DNA from: Octopus sinensis
Lineage: Eukaryota
Length of the DNA: 64,000 nucleotides
Direction of reading: 5' to 3'
Assembly: GCF_006345805.1 (NCBI RefSeq)
Contig: NC_043005.1
Coordinates: 81,530,001-81,594,000, forward strand
Both the position numbers and the translations under genes were made by a program. This document shows positions 40,606-55,931 of the stretch, piece by piece (within the stretch, counting starts at the first letter, position 1; every line of letters starts with the position of its first letter). The notes under the pieces were generated by a model that was not told the origin of the DNA, ran no database searches, and saw only the letters and a list, made by a program, of their open reading frames with translations.

Positions 40606-42038
40606 TAACTTTCTCAGGGATTCATGCCAATTCTGCGATGTAATGATGATTTTCTCCATGCTTTTCCTCAATATCGAGATACTTCAAAAATGATTTGAAC
40701 TCTATCGTCCTTTAATTAAAGTACAACAAAGAAATAGTTCAGATCTTGCTTCATGTTCTGAGTCAAGTACTGGGCTAGGGTTTCACACTGAATCCCTCTT
40801 CGATTCCAGGTGGTACCTCTTCAGTTTGACTACTTTTGTAAGACGTCAATGGATAAAGAGAGAAAAAATGGATATAGAAGTCTAACTGCTGGGCTTATCC
40901 CACCCCACGCCTGAAGGCGTTAATATTTAGTCGTAACTGCCGCGCTAATATGGGGCTGATCGGATGTTCAATACTCACATTGTTAGCGAAATGGACTTAA
41001 AGATCGTGTAGTAAAATGACTCACACAATGCCAGTAATTGCTTTGTTGATTGATAATGTTTCTTTTGCGGTTTGGCCTGAAGATAACATACATATATGAT
41101 GTATATAAACAAAGGCGTTCTAAACATGGTAACTCAGACATCTGGGGTACTGTTGATCTAAAATTGCAGTTTAAAGTTTGTCATTTTTTCAAGAAGATCG
41201 ACGTTAATTCCGACAAACGTTAGTACGCCGGACCAAAAGCTTAGTGGCACTTCATCCGTCTTTACGCTATGAGCTAAAATTCCGTCAAGGTCGACTTTAC
41301 CTTTCATTTCTGAGGGGTCGATAAAATAAAGCAATATAATAATAAAATAAAGCGATAAAATAAAGCAATATAATCGACTTACCTCTTCCCTAAAAATGGG
41401 AAGGGTTGGCCTTGTACCAAAATGGTACAAGGCTGGCCTTGTACCAAAATTTGGAAACAATGTAGTTAAGCGCAACCTGCAGACTCGTCATTTGGTAAGT
41501 CTTGTTCTTCCAACATTAACTGACTGATTCATTCATTTATTCTCTCATTCCTAAATTTTTACATTCAATAATTCATTCCTTTGCGTATTCAGTCATTCAA
41601 TCATTGGAAAACTGAATCTTCATTGTGTAGAAAGATTCAATATATACACAAAACTATTAAAATATCTGATATTCAAATCAATCATTTGTCTCCCTTTAAT
41701 GTTGCTTATCATATTTTATAACAGAAAACAGACGTGAGTAAGCGACTGTATCTACCCTACTTCATAGCAAATTCTGTGTTTCTGAACAAGTGTCTCTATG
41801 TAATATATGTTTTCCAAATACATTTGTGAGTGTGTTTTTCACTACTATGTTCATAATCATACGCGCATACATTTATAAATAATACACATATATGTATGTA
41901 TATATATGTGTCTGTTTGTGTGTATTCATACAACCACACACATATTTTCACAGACAGAAAGAACGAAAGATAAAGCGTATCCTTTGTGAAATATATCTAT
42001 TTGTAGCATTTCTATTATCTACACAAACGTTCGCGCGC

Positions 42039-42129
<91 letters not shown>

Positions 42130-43520
42130 TTTGTTTCTATCAAAAGTGTGCAGCAGGCAAAAATATCAAATTATTTTAATTGCTGTTGCCTCCAAAAAAA
42201 CTGATGTAACATATTGTCTACGGATGCGGTGAATTGGCAGAAATGCCGAGCGGTATTTCGTCTGTCTTTACGTTCAAATCCCGTCGAGGGTGACTTTGCC
42301 TTTCATCCTTTCGGGGTCGATAAATAAGTACCAGTTGCATTCTAGGGCCATGTGCCTAGAGTAGACAAGTGCATGGTTGCTTAAACTTCCAGAAACACCA
42401 GCTATATCTCTCTTCATATTAGCATCAGGCAAAGCTACAATAAAGGACATTATTGAGGTGTATATCCCAGCAGCTAACAAAGCTTGAATACCTTTCAATG
42501 TATGTGGGACATAGGATTAAAGAACAGTCACAAATGACCAATCGCATGAAGTGAAATAACAAAACTGAACACCATAGAATCGTGAGAAGAGAAAATGAAA
42601 ATTATATTATCACTATATTTCGGGAAGGTATTTTTTTTTGTTGCTAAATAACCACACGCCCTATATACACGATCTTTATTATTACTCTCCGGTGACCTCT
42701 TCAACGACACTCCATCCCACGTGTCTCCCCCTCTCTTGTTTAGTCCATTTTGTCTCTGAGGTGTGTTAGAAGATTATATTAGCTAACATTACTTGTGAAA
42801 ATATCACGACAATATACGTTCTGCACGAAGTAAGAATATTATTTTATAAAGTGAAACTTTTCGATCAAGTGGCCTTCAATTTCTTTCCTTAGTCAAGTTT
42901 ATCGGAAACGAAAAACTCGAACTTACTTCATATTGTTATTATTCCAACTCTGGCTTCCATTTCCTTTCATAGTTAAGATTGTTAACAGATAAGATCTTAA
43001 CTTTAGAGCAAGAGTATTATCGATTCAAATAACCTTAGTACGTGACTAGCAATAAGGACAGCGTTAACGAGTTTGGGAATCAAAAGGTAACGATCCGGAA
43101 CTAAAATATCATACCAAAAAAAACAAAAATTATTTTCTTTCACGCTCTCGTAATTATGTCAATGCATTGCCATATTGTCACCCCACCCTATCTACAAATG
43201 AATGAAATTGTAAAGAGAGAGACAAGAAAATAGACAGGGAGGGCAAGAGAGTGATGAATGGAAGTAACCAAACTCACACAGCTGTTCGGGTAGTAACTAC
43301 AATTCTCAAGTTGTTTTGTACTGAATGACTTTGTAAATAAAGTGATTTGATAGGGTCAAACGCGGAGGCAATGTCGCTGGTCGTTTATTGCTTTTTAACC
43401 AGGCCTTAAGAGGTGACAGAAACTATCAAGTCTCGGATTATTAATTTGTTTTGAAGTCATATTCGTTCTTTCATTTATTCATTCATTCGTGCGATCATCA
43501 AATGTTATTAAGTCTAAGAC

Positions 43521-44280
43521 GTGATCGTGTGGTTAGGAAGCTTGCTTACCAACTTTGTACGATTTGATTCAATCCTTCTTAAGCACTTTGGCCAAGTGTC
43601 TTCTAATATGGCACCCACAAGACTTTGCTGAGTAAATTGAGTAAACGAAAATATTCAAAGAAGTAAGTCATATTTCTGTGTGTGTATGTGCCTCTTTTTT
43701 CTATTTGTCCTACCACTGCTTTTACTTGTTTCAGTCGTTTGATTGCGGTCATGCTGGAGCACCGCCTTTACTAGAGCAAATCGACACTAGGATTTATTCT
43801 TTGTAAGCCTAGTACTTATTCTATCGGTCTCTTTTGCCTAACCACTAAGTTACGGGGACGTGAAGACAACGGTTGTCAAGCGATGGTGTGGAGACAAACA
43901 CAGACACACATACACACCCACACACACATATATACACGACGGGCTTCTTTTAGTTTCCCAAATCCATTCACAAGGCTTTGGACGGCCCAAGGCTATAGTA
44001 GAAGACACTTGCCCAAGGTACCACGCAGTGGGACTGAACCCGGAGCTATGTAGTGTGTAAGCGAGCTACTTACCACACAGCCAGTCCTGCGCCTATTGAC
44101 ATTGTTGATTTGCTTACGCTAGGTTATGTATCCGTAACATAGCGGTTCGGCGGAAAGTGAGTGAAAAACCAAATAGCAGACTTGAAAATAACTAGTGAGG
44201 ACAATTTGTTCGGCTAAACCCTTCAAGGCGGTGCTTCAGCATGGCCGCTGGCGAATGACTGACACAAGTAGACGATAAAA
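43521..44280. mobile_element. Family B SINE (minus, about 43719-44094) nested in an older family B SINE (plus)
   Basis: The plus-strand 5' half (43521-43718) and 3' half (44095-44280) flank an antisense copy. Confidence 0.7.
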
Positions 44281-44664
44281 TATACGAATTTGCGTCGGTG
44301 GATGCATTCTGGACAGAAAGGTATCAAGTATAGAAATGGTAGTTGATATTATAGAAGATAGCAATAGAAACGTGGAAGTATACGAAGAAAGCAAAATAAT
44401 AACAGTAGCCGTACCTTTGGCGTGACGAGGTAATATATGAAGGAAAATGGGAGGGGTACAAGTTATTTGGTCGGACGAAAAATTCTTATGAAAGATAGTG
44501 GAAAGTAGTTTTGTGTGTGTGTGTGTGTATCCGTATGTGTATATGTAAACACATAAGAAGCATCCATCATAGAACTCCTTGCACACAAGAAATAACAGTT
44601 AAATTCCCAACCACTATTAGGGATAATTCTTCGAAGGGAATGAAAAAGAAAAAACACTTACCAT

Positions 44665-44726
<62 letters not shown>

Positions 44727-46509
44727 GTATGTTTGTACGAATATATATTTTTAGGCATATATAATTATTATATATATTTGTATGTATATTTAGTTGTATA
44801 TATTTATATATAAGCATAAAAATAAAATAAAAACAATATATATATGTATATATATATATTTATATACATATATTTATATTTATATACATATGCACACACA
44901 TACAACGCACTCGAACAAACACACTCACATATACGAATGTGTGTATATATAAGGAAAAGAAACTGAGGTGGAAATGAGATGATTTATATCATTGCTTTGA
45001 ACTAAACGATATAACAAAAACAGATAAAAAAGTGTAAAGTATAGAAGCCATCTTATCATGGCTAACCACATTGGGGAGGGGGTTGTTACTGTAGCTTTAT
45101 AGCCCCAAGGGATCTTCGTCTCTAGCTGGCTCTAAACACAAAATATCTGTGTCTTTGGAGTATTTGCAAAGGGAGGCCCATCCCTTCCTCGCAAGCCTGA
45201 GTGATACGCTCGAACTAGTTTCGGGATGTTTGTCCCTCGAAAAATAGAATAACACAAGACGTGGAATACAAGAGAATGAAAGACATAGCTAACGTTAGAT
45301 ACAAAGAGAAGCGAGCGGCTAACGAGAAGAGGTGGAAGTAGATGGATACGCAGCTGATACGTAGCTTACTATTTCCATGTAAAACGTAAATAGCTGAAAA
45401 GCATTTCGAAATTTTATTTGTTTGGTAAATGACCAGATATGAGACAAAGTTTTGAAACTGGAATAATTTTATTTTGGAAGTCATTTACTAGCATGCATCA
45501 ATTATTATCTTTCATCGTTTATCATTCATCGTTTATTTGTTTCAATCGTTAGATTGCGGCCAAGCTGGAGTGCCACTTTTAAGTGTTTTAGTTGGGCAAT
45601 CGACTCCAGGGCTTATTCTAAAGTTTGATGCTTTTCCTATCAGCCTCATGGGTTCGTAAATAAACCAACACCGGTTGTCAAGTGGTTGTCAGAACACATA
45701 CATATACACAAAACACACACAGAGACAAACACATTCTAGGATCATAATATACATTTGCCAGAGGTGCCGTGCAATGGGACTGAACACGAAAACACTTGGA
45801 TGCAGCGCGGGCGTCTTAACCCGACTGTCAGGTCTACACCAATATTCATTTTTGTATATATCTTATTATCTTGTTTCTGTGAACCAAATTCATTCGCAAA
45901 GCATTGATTGACCCGTGATTATAGCCGCTTGCCTTTGCACCCCATCGTGGTACTGAACCAGAAACCAAGTGGTTTCAAAGAGAGTTTCATACAGCCATTC
46001 ATGCACCTACAGGATATACTATTCAGTCACTCAAAGATCTATAATTCTATTCAGGTTCGAAGCACACAATTAACGACATGCGATGAGCACCAATTCCACT
46101 GCTTTAAAGCGTCAATTCACCAATAAGTCGATAATGTTTAAAGAAGTATCTATTATGTAAGGTATGCAGATGTTTCAATAGCTAACAGCACTAATTTCAT
46201 AGAAGTTAGAGTCAATATCTCCTCACTAGTATGGGACAGGATGTTCGCTTGCTCAACGCTGATTCTTAGAGAAATATTTGGTATTAACTCACGAGTAAGA
46301 TTACATAGGACAGTTAAAGAGCTTCTCGCTTTGTAGAATTAATTGCTCGCAACAGCAGTAAGATTTCTCCGAAGCCTTAATTCTCCAGTCTTAACGAAAT
46401 AAAAAGAAATATAGTGTGATGTTGAAGAAGGGAGAAAATAACTGGAAAAGGAACTGATTGTTCATTGGTAGAATGACTTCAATGCTTGGATCTTCACTGG
46501 ATATATGTT

Positions 46510-46550
<41 letters not shown>

Positions 46551-47205
46551 CGAATGTATATACATGTACATATGTTTATATATATGTGTGTATGTATATA
46601 TATGATGTATATATATATGTATACATGCTTGGATCTTACAGGATAACAATAACAAACAAAACTAAAAATATAGGTAATCTGAATAACGAAGCACTAGAAT
46701 GTCTCTCCATTTTTTTTTATTATTAAGGCTATTAAGTAAGTACATTACATAACCACAGAAACACATAAATATATATTCAATTTTTAAACAAAGATTTTCT
46801 GAAGCTGAAAATTATTAATTGTATAAAAGAATAATTAAAAACACAGAGTGATACGAACATTCTGGACGAAAATTTTCGTATATTATTCAACCTCTTTCGC
46901 AATTTAAAGTTTCTGAGACACACGTGTTATGGACTATATAGTATAGGTTGATTTTAGTAGGGGTGTTGAATATTTCCGGTAAAGTTCTGGTTTCCGATTT
47001 TTATGAAGTATTCTTTTTACTTTTCATTATTCATCATTTTCTTCGTTTACTTTGAGAAAAAGAAACAATTTCGAATATTCTGTTTGTACAAGTGTCTAGA
47101 TGCTTACTACGTGAACTATGTATAAACTCATGCATTTCTGAATGCATACATGTATTAAAACAGATATATGTACACACAGGTTTCTACATATATATAAACA
47201 CACAT

Positions 47206-47335
<130 letters not shown>

Positions 47336-47617
47336 AGGTAGGAGAGAGATTAAATATATATTTTAAAAAGAGGATTCGGATGGGCGGTTAAATGAGAGCT
47401 TCTTTAAGACTTAAGATTGTACTGATGCACTTCGATGATTTAATAATATGTCGTTTCCGATTAATAAACTTTACGTTATATACGCTAATGGATTCTAAAG
47501 GATAACCAGTAAGCTTCTGGCCATTGAAAAAACATTTCAATGATACGTATATGTGAGTATATATATAAATATATATGTATGTTTGTCTGTTTGTCTTTCT
47601 GAATGTATCTATGTATG

Positions 47618-47665
<48 letters not shown>

Positions 47666-47777
47666 ATGTATATACATGTACATATGTTTATATATATATA
47701 TGTATGTATATATATGATGTATATATATATATATGTATATATATATAGCTCTGCATGTATGAATGTGTGTGTATTTG

Positions 47778-47808
<31 letters not shown>

Positions 47809-48225
47809 GTATATATATATATATTCATATATATACATGCATACATACACACACACACATATATATATATTTCTATATATGTGTATATGTATACATACAT
47901 GCATACATATATACATGCATACATACATACATACATATTGCATAAGAGAGGATGAGAGGGGCAAATAATTGTTTCTCTATAGTTGCGCATCTGTTCAATG
48001 GGATTAGTACAAATGCATTAAAGATGTTTAATCGTATTGTTTTCTTTTTTTTTGCATTTTTGTCTAAGTACTTAAGTACAGACCAGCTGATAAATGTTCA
48101 TGTGAGATTTAATGATCCATGTTACGTTGATTTAATTAGACACTGGAAAGGAAGATTTACTACATCAGGCTGGCAGAGGGCTTACGTATCACGGATATCA
48201 CGTTAGACGTAACAAAATGCGCAGT

Positions 48226-48332
<107 letters not shown>

Positions 48333-49465
48333 ACAGAAATGCATACATACATATATTTATTACATACTTATGTAAGTGTGTGTGTGAAAGTGTAGGTGTG
48401 TATAAATTAATATGTACATATGTGTGTTTCTCTGCGCGAGCGTCCAGATATATATATATATATATATAATTAATTATATATTATATACATATATGAATGC
48501 ATGTATGTAGGTATGGATTGATATGTATATATGTATACTTATATATATATATATATATGTATATACATGTATATATATATATATATGTATATACATGTAT
48601 ATATATATATATATATATACATACATATATACATATATATATATGTATATACATGTATATATATATACATATATATACATACATATATACATATATATAC
48701 ATATATATATATATGCATATATATATATACATATATATATATATGCATATATATATATATATACACATAAAGATATATATATATATGCATATATATATAT
48801 ACATATATATGCATACACACATATATATATGTGTATATATATATATATACATATACGCACACACACATACATATATATATGCTTGGAGACGCTTTTTAAA
48901 AAACTATATCTCCTTTCTATTTTATGCTTCATTCAGCTTAAGATTATTGACTTTAAGATGATACACTAAATAACTTATAAATTTTATTTTTTCCCATTTT
49001 TATTTCTCTCATTTTTTAGCCTCTGTTTCCTGCTTTTATTTCTTCAAGTAGATATATATTTTTATAGATTATTTCCTCGATGTCTTGGATACATGAATAA
49101 GAAGCATCAGAAGAACTTTTGAAATAAAACACTGTCACTGATTCCTGTTATATGCTTGAACTTGAGATTCTTAAGAGTTAGATATGTCGTATTAGGTTTG
49201 ATTTAGTACTTCCTTACGGGATTATTGGGTATAGATTTTTATTACCCAATCTTTCTTTTTATATTGCAGCAGTACAAGTAGTTGTAGCTGCAACAGTAGT
49301 CACAACAGCAGTGGAAATATTATTATTATTATTATTATATTGTTATTATTATCATTGTTATTATTATTATCATTGTTATTGTTATTATTATTAATATTAT
49401 TATTATTATTATTGATATTATCATCATCATCATCATTATTATCATTATTATTAGCATTACTATTA

Positions 49466-49511
<46 letters not shown>

Positions 49512-49536
49512 CATTATTATCATTATCATCATTATT

Positions 49537-49566
<30 letters not shown>

Positions 49567-49567
<1 letters not shown>

Positions 49568-49996
49568 AGTCGGCGAGTTGGGAGAATCATCTGCTCGCTA
49601 GGCAAAATGCTTAGAGATATTTCGTCGGTCCTTATGTTCTGATTTCGAAATTTCTACCGATGTCATTTCCTTTTATTCTTTCGCGGTCGATTAATTAAGT
49701 ACCAGTTAAAGACCGGAGTCGATGAAATCGACTTACCCCCTTCCCTCGAATTTGCTGACCTTCTGCCAAAATTTGAAATTATTATTATTGTTGAGCTGGT
49801 AAAATCTTTAGCACGCCGGTCGAAACGCTTAGCCCGTATTTCGTCCGCTTGCACGAACTATGTTCAAATTTCGCCGAAGTCACTTTTGCCTTTCATCCTG
49901 TCAGGTCGCTGAAGTACCAGATATGCACTGGGATTGGTGTAATCGACTAGACCCCTTCCCTAAAAACTTTCAAGACGTTGGGCCTAGAGTAGAAAT

Positions 49997-50000
<4 letters not shown>
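49567..50000 (+). mobile_element. Two degenerate family A SINEs in tandem within (ATT)n
   Basis: Heads at about 49567 and 49790; core gtcgattaattaagtaccag. Confidence 0.65.
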
Positions 50001-50035
<35 letters not shown>

Positions 50036-50070
50036 TATTATTATTAGTAGTAGTAGTAGTATTAGTAGTT

Positions 50071-50109
<39 letters not shown>

Positions 50110-50651
50110 CATGTAATATTTTTTAAACTTTTAAAGCCAACATTCCCCTTCATTACAGACACACACACACACATTGTAATCAATCATTTTCATGCACTAA
50201 AGCAAATTAGATTTTAAAAAACAGTATTAATTTAGCTAAATAAGCTTTTCCTTGTATTTATCTCCCCCTTTATCCTAGAATCCTTAACTCATACCGCTAG
50301 GAGTATATTTTCATTTATGAATAAACAAGACCTGTGATAATTGAAAATAATTTTCATGTTTTCACAACCTTCTTTTTCCATATTAATTAGCAACACTCGA
50401 ATTTATGGTAGCAGCAGCAGCCGTCCAAGAATTTGGACCTGGAGATCCCCATTTCCAGCAACTTCGATGGCCACCTCCCAGTGGTGTCGGGCGTCAACTA
50501 AGAGCCCTCGACTAGAACAAGACGACTAAAGTTTTTGCTGTTTTTTGTTTTTTTCCAAGGTCCGGGGGTCTCCCAGCCCTAAGCCCTAGACCATCACCTA
50601 ATCACCCTTACCCATCTTGTTGCCTAACAAGAACAACCGCATCAGCAGCAA

Positions 50652-50703
<52 letters not shown>

Positions 50704-51232
50704 TCTTTTTACCCAAGGTGTCATTTACTTCTATTAAAAATTTACAACGTTTAAAGAACAACATGAGTTAAATTGAATAATACAATGGAGAAAATAGAAT
50801 GAATGTAGATAAACATCTTTGCTCAATGATTGTTAAATGTTAAATGTAAGTATTTGTCTTAAACTAAGTTTATTAATAGCAACTGAAAGTTTGCTGACGG
50901 AGGCAGTCAATACGGAAGATTAGCTTCAAATTTATTGTAAAATTCGCGTTAACTGGGAAGTCGAGTTTTATGTTATGACTTATTCAGCCAGTAAGAAAAT
51001 ATCGCTTCTACATTTGATGGAGGAAAAAAAAAATTTTAAAAAAAGTAAAGCCTCATTAATTCAATTTATCTCAACTTTTTTTCGGGATTCACTAATAATT
51101 ACGTTAATTACCTTGTCGCCTTTTTTTTATCTTTTTTAATTTCTTTTTATCAAATAAGAATTTTCAATTGATTAAGAAAGTATTTGTTCGAGTATTACAC
51201 GATATTTTTTTTTCTTTTCAATAATAACGCTT

Positions 51233-51274
<42 letters not shown>

Positions 51275-51321
51275 TTACTGCTGCTGCTGCTGCTGCTGCT
51301 GTTCCTGCTGCTACTGATACC

Positions 51322-51548
51322 TATTTCTTTATTAACCACAAGGGGCTAAACATAGAGGGACAAACAAGGACAGACACAGGTATTAAGTCGATTACATCGA
51401 CCCCAGTGCATAACTGGTACTTAATATATCGACCCCGAAAGGATGAAAGGCAAAGTCGACATCGGCGGAATTCGAACTCAGAACGTAACGGCAGACGAAA
51501 TAACGCTAAGCATTTCGCCCGGCGTGCTAACGATTCTGCCAGCTCGCC
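51322..51548 (-). mobile_element. SINE family A with 15-bp TSD
   Basis: GCTGCTACTGATACC at 51307-51321 and 51549-51563. Confidence 0.85.
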
Positions 51549-51825
51549 GCTGCTACTGATACCACCACCACCACCACTACTACTACTATTACAATTTGTT
51601 GGAGTAGTAGCTTGAGCAGCTATAGAAGAACTTACGTAATTTACTCCGTATGTCAGCCTTGATATATTTAACTTAATACCATTAGAGACATTAAGCCATT
51701 TCCTTTAGATTATAACATTGTTTATTCGTTATAATTATGTTCTTAGAAATTAACCTGTAGCTTATTTCTTTTTATATATACGTCAGCTTATCACCTAACT
51801 TATAAAGCCAGAAGAGTTTGGCTAT

Positions 51826-51869
51826 ACTATGCTGATGAGGTCTAACTATAGTGAAGCATAGTCCTCAGT
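51826..51869 (+). ncRNA. Decayed hammerhead-like motif
   Basis: ACTATG-CTGATGA-GGTCT(aact)ATAGT-GAAG-C-ATA-GTC-CTCAGT. Intact CUGAUGA and GUC; GAAA changed to GAAG; stems I and II partly mismatched. Confidence 0.4.
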
Positions 51870-51943
51870 TTTAAATAAGAATTCAATATTCTAATATTCA
51901 TTTGAATATACGTTTACAAACATGACAGTGTGTACACTTTTGA

Positions 51944-51979
<36 letters not shown>

Positions 51980-51983
<4 letters not shown>

Positions 51984-52055
51984 GCATATTACTCTACCTC
52001 TGGTATTCGTGTACTATTTTTTCCGCCTTGTTTCGCATTTATGTGATTACACTGG

Positions 52056-52113
<58 letters not shown>

Positions 52114-52183
52114 GCATATTACTCTACCTCTGGTATTCGTGTACTATTTTTTCCGCCTTGTTTCGCATTTATGTGATTACACT

Positions 52184-52185
<2 letters not shown>
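51980..52185. repeat. Exact 76-bp duplication (period 130) separated and flanked by (TA)n
   Basis: gaaagcatattactctacctctgg...gattacactgg at 51980-52055 and 52110-52185. Confidence 0.95.
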
Positions 52186-52224
<39 letters not shown>

Positions 52225-52964
52225 TATATGTGTGTGTGTGTGTGGTGTGTGTGTGTGTGTATGTATGTATGTGTGTATGTATGTGTGTATGTGTGTATGT
52301 ATGTATGTATGTATGTATGTATGTATGTATGTATGTATGTTTGTATGTATTTGATTAGGTTTTGTTTCGCTTCTGCATTTTAAATTCATTTATGGTTATT
52401 CCTAGATATTATGTTCCTAGTTTTACCTTCGAATAAACATTATAATAAAAACAAATGTCAAAGCAAAATTGTAACTTTTCAATCTGTTACAAGCATCGGG
52501 AACAATTAGGCGTTTTAAAGCTCTTTGTCGAAACAGTGACCCAGACATATTCACTATCAAATAAACTCGGCTAATGTGATACTTTCCCAAAACCAGACAC
52601 GAGACATTCGCTCACCACCAGCGGCTGTATCAGCTGTATCTTGCATTTCCATAGATTTCACACGACTACACGTCCGAACTGTTCTATAAATGTCCGCACG
52701 AACCTCACCCAATATATTAGCACTGTGTATTTAGTATTTCCCTTATTATATTAGTAAAACAACCGTTGAGCAGGTGCACAGTGCCCAAACTCCCCGGCTT
52801 CTCACACTGTCCTGAAATATTTTTTAGTTATACTTTCTTCTTTTGAAAGCATATGAAATCTATTCCGTTTTTCTGAAACTCAGAAGTATGATTCTTCGAC
52901 GAATTCTTTGAGCAAAGAGAAACAATCCTTTATAACATACCTCTCCCTTGATCAATATTACATT

Positions 52965-53345
52965 GGCCCAGTGGTTAGGGCAGCGGACTCGCGGTAATAG
53001 GATCGCGGTTTCAATTCCCAGACCGGGCGTTGTGAGTGTTTATTGAGCGAAAGCACCTAAAAGCTCCACGAGGCTCCGGCAGGGGATGGTGGTGATCCCT
53101 GCTGTACTCTTTCACCACAACTTTCTCTCACTCTTACTTCTTGTTTCTGTTGTACCTGTATTTCAAGGGGCTGGCCTTGTCACTCTCTGTGTCACGCTGA
53201 ATATCCCCGAGAACTACGTTAAGGGTGCACGTGTCTGTGGAGTGCTCAGCCACTTACACGTTAATTTCACGAGCAGGCTGTTCCGTTGATTCGGATCAAC
53301 CGGAACCCTCATCGTCGTAACCGACGGAGTGCTTCCACCACCTCC
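52965..53345 (+). mobile_element. Full-length tRNA-derived SINE (family D, Arg-like head)
   Basis: Head ggcccagtggttagggcagcggactcgcgg...gtttcaattccc, then a long body ending gtcgtaaccgacggagtgc. ATTACATTG is repeated at both flanks. Confidence 0.75.
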
Positions 53346-53952
53346 ATTACATTGAACAGCACGCTTTGACTTGCAATGCTAGAGAAATTACTGCTTCTGC
53401 TCTCACTATTAACATCATTTGACGATCCTTTTTATCACTTCGTAAAGTGTAAACGTCTGAAGTGTCTTCTTGTTTAATTGCGTTCATTTTCCTCTCTATG
53501 TTCGCGTGTTTTTCTTTTATCTCAAAAGTAAAACTTTAATTATTTCTCTCAAAACCATTTTTATTCGTGGGAGTAAACGGCATTGCCCCGTTTCTTACTT
53601 GCACATGTTTCTTTGCCTCGCAATATGCCACATTACATTACTAATAAACAGCTTCTAATTTTATTTAATTTTATTTCATTTCATTCATTTTCTTTTTTTA
53701 GAATAAAGTAAATATCTAAACGACCAAAGAAAAAAAATATTATTTTCTTCCAGGTAATAAAGAAGATGTCCAAACATGTTGAATCCCTTGATTACAAATA
53801 CAGAGAAAACTTTTCCTTTATCAAATGAATTAAATTTATAGTGGAGCTACTTCGAAGTGATGATGACTACGACGACGAAGACGACGCAAATGATGATGAT
53901 GATGATGATGGTGGTGGTAGTGGTGGTGATGTTTGTGATGAGGATGATGATG

Positions 53953-53985
<33 letters not shown>

Positions 53986-55527
53986 TTAACTTGAGAAATA
54001 GCTTAAATAATAACTGGAAATAATGAAAGAATACGCGCTTATTGAATTTTTAACGTGTCGTTAGACTTTTATATTCCCCTTTCATTATTGTATCTTTAAA
54101 ATGTCTGCTATAAAAATATTTTAGTCTAATTGTGTCGCAAAAATATTATTATTACTGTATGATATAATCAAATGATAGCTTTTAATGAAGTGAAGCCTCA
54201 AAGTAAGTTGGCAAAATAAAAATATCTAAATTTACGACTTGATTAAAGAGAATTATATTCCCATCCTTGTGAATTTAGTTTAACACCGCAGTGTTGTTAT
54301 TTCCGTCAATCAAATAGCTTGATGCATACGTCATAACGAGATTTTATTGGTTTGCTTGTTTGCTTTTTAACTTGCGTGCGCTGCTTCTATTGTTTTAGTT
54401 CTTGTTTTTCGTTTTGTTTTAAAAAATAAACGAATAATTAAATAAATAATTCAATACCTAAATAAACAAATACAAAGAAATAAATAAACAAATAACGGAA
54501 AATTATTTCCTTTGAGTTTGTTGAAGATTACAAAATATTGGTTTGTCAGATTTTTAATGCCTGCTATTGAAGTCGGAAACGCTTCATCTTCATATCAAAC
54601 GAAAATGACATTCTATGAGAACGAATTACAAATGAATTCTTTTGACTTAAGCACAGAGAAGTAATTTACGGGGGAAGATGCTTTAGGTGGGAAGCAGCAC
54701 AACAACCTCAGCGTATTACGGATTTCTTTATTATAATCAGTAGAGGACTAATGTGGTTTTGGTAGAAGGGGCCGTGTAAAGTTGATTAAATTGACTGTAT
54801 TTTGGAGCAGCAGGTAATTAATTTAACAGTCCTGAAGGGATGAAATTAAATGTCAATTCTTGTATTATTTGAAAAATTATTTGAAGAGTAAAGGGCAAAA
54901 CGAAAATCTCTAAATTAGAAACTGCGAAATTCTACACCCTATTTTTTGAAAAAATAAAATCCAAGTATCATTATCATCTACACAAAGACAGCTAATGCCA
55001 ATACAATCTTGCTATGATCATAATCACCACCATCGCGAGGACCACAACGGTGAGCGCAACTATGACCCGCCGCCACCACAAATACTATCACAACCACAAC
55101 ACCATCACAGCTGTTGCTGCTGTTACTACTACTGCTACTTTAAACAATAATCCTTTCTACGAAAGGCACAAAACCTGGGATTTTCGGGGCGGGGACTAGC
55201 CGATTACATCGACCCCAGCGTTTCACTGGTACTCAATTTGTCGATCAACGAATGGATGAAAAGCAAAGTCGACTTCGGCTGAGTTTGAACTCAGAGCGTG
55301 AAGAAGGACGGGAAACCGCTAAGCATTTTGCCCGACGTGCTAACGATTCTAACAGCTCACCGCCTTAATAATAATAACAACAATAATAATAATAATAATA
55401 ATAATCATCCTTTCGGCTTGAAATTTTGGGGGAGGGTCTAATTGATTACATCGCCCCCCAGTTAGTAACTGGTACTTAATTTATCGATCCTGAAAGGATT
55501 AAAGGCAAAGTCGACCTCGGCGGAATG

Positions 55528-55931
55528 CACGGATAGGTGACAAAGTGTTGTCGTAACTGGGGATATCCGCGTAGGTTACAAAGAGCTAGAAAATGTGGGA
55601 AAATACAAATTACTAAAAGACGAAATTGCAAGAATGTAGGCAGTGAAGAGAATAACTTTTATCACAGTAGTTAGAGTGATACACGGAGTACTAACAGCCA
55701 AGTTCGTAAAATATGTCGGAACAATTGGAATTGATATTAGGGGAGAGTATGCCCCAGACCTGCCCTATTGGGGACAGGGAAGGGATGAGACTGGTGTTTG
55801 TGTACTTAACACCTAAGTACCAGGTCTTACAATTCGTGGAAAGAGGCGTTTTGAGACCTCTGACAACAGCGCGCTCTCCGCTCTCACAGAATTAACCAGA
55901 GGATGTAAGATCGAGAGCTCTGTGACGTAAA

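Noticed and set aside
42274-42498. 74-aa minus-strand ORF (MKGIQALLAAG...)
   Set aside because: No motif recognised, it runs into a SINE, and there are no convincing splice sites.
45205-45245. Minus-strand GGGA/TCCC-GAAAC-TA-GTT hammerhead-like 3' half
   Set aside because: The core upstream reads TTTTCGA and there is no stem I pairing.
52965-53040. tRNA-like sequence (also about 22185-22254)
   Set aside because: No complete acceptor stem; each continues into a SINE body with flanking direct repeats.
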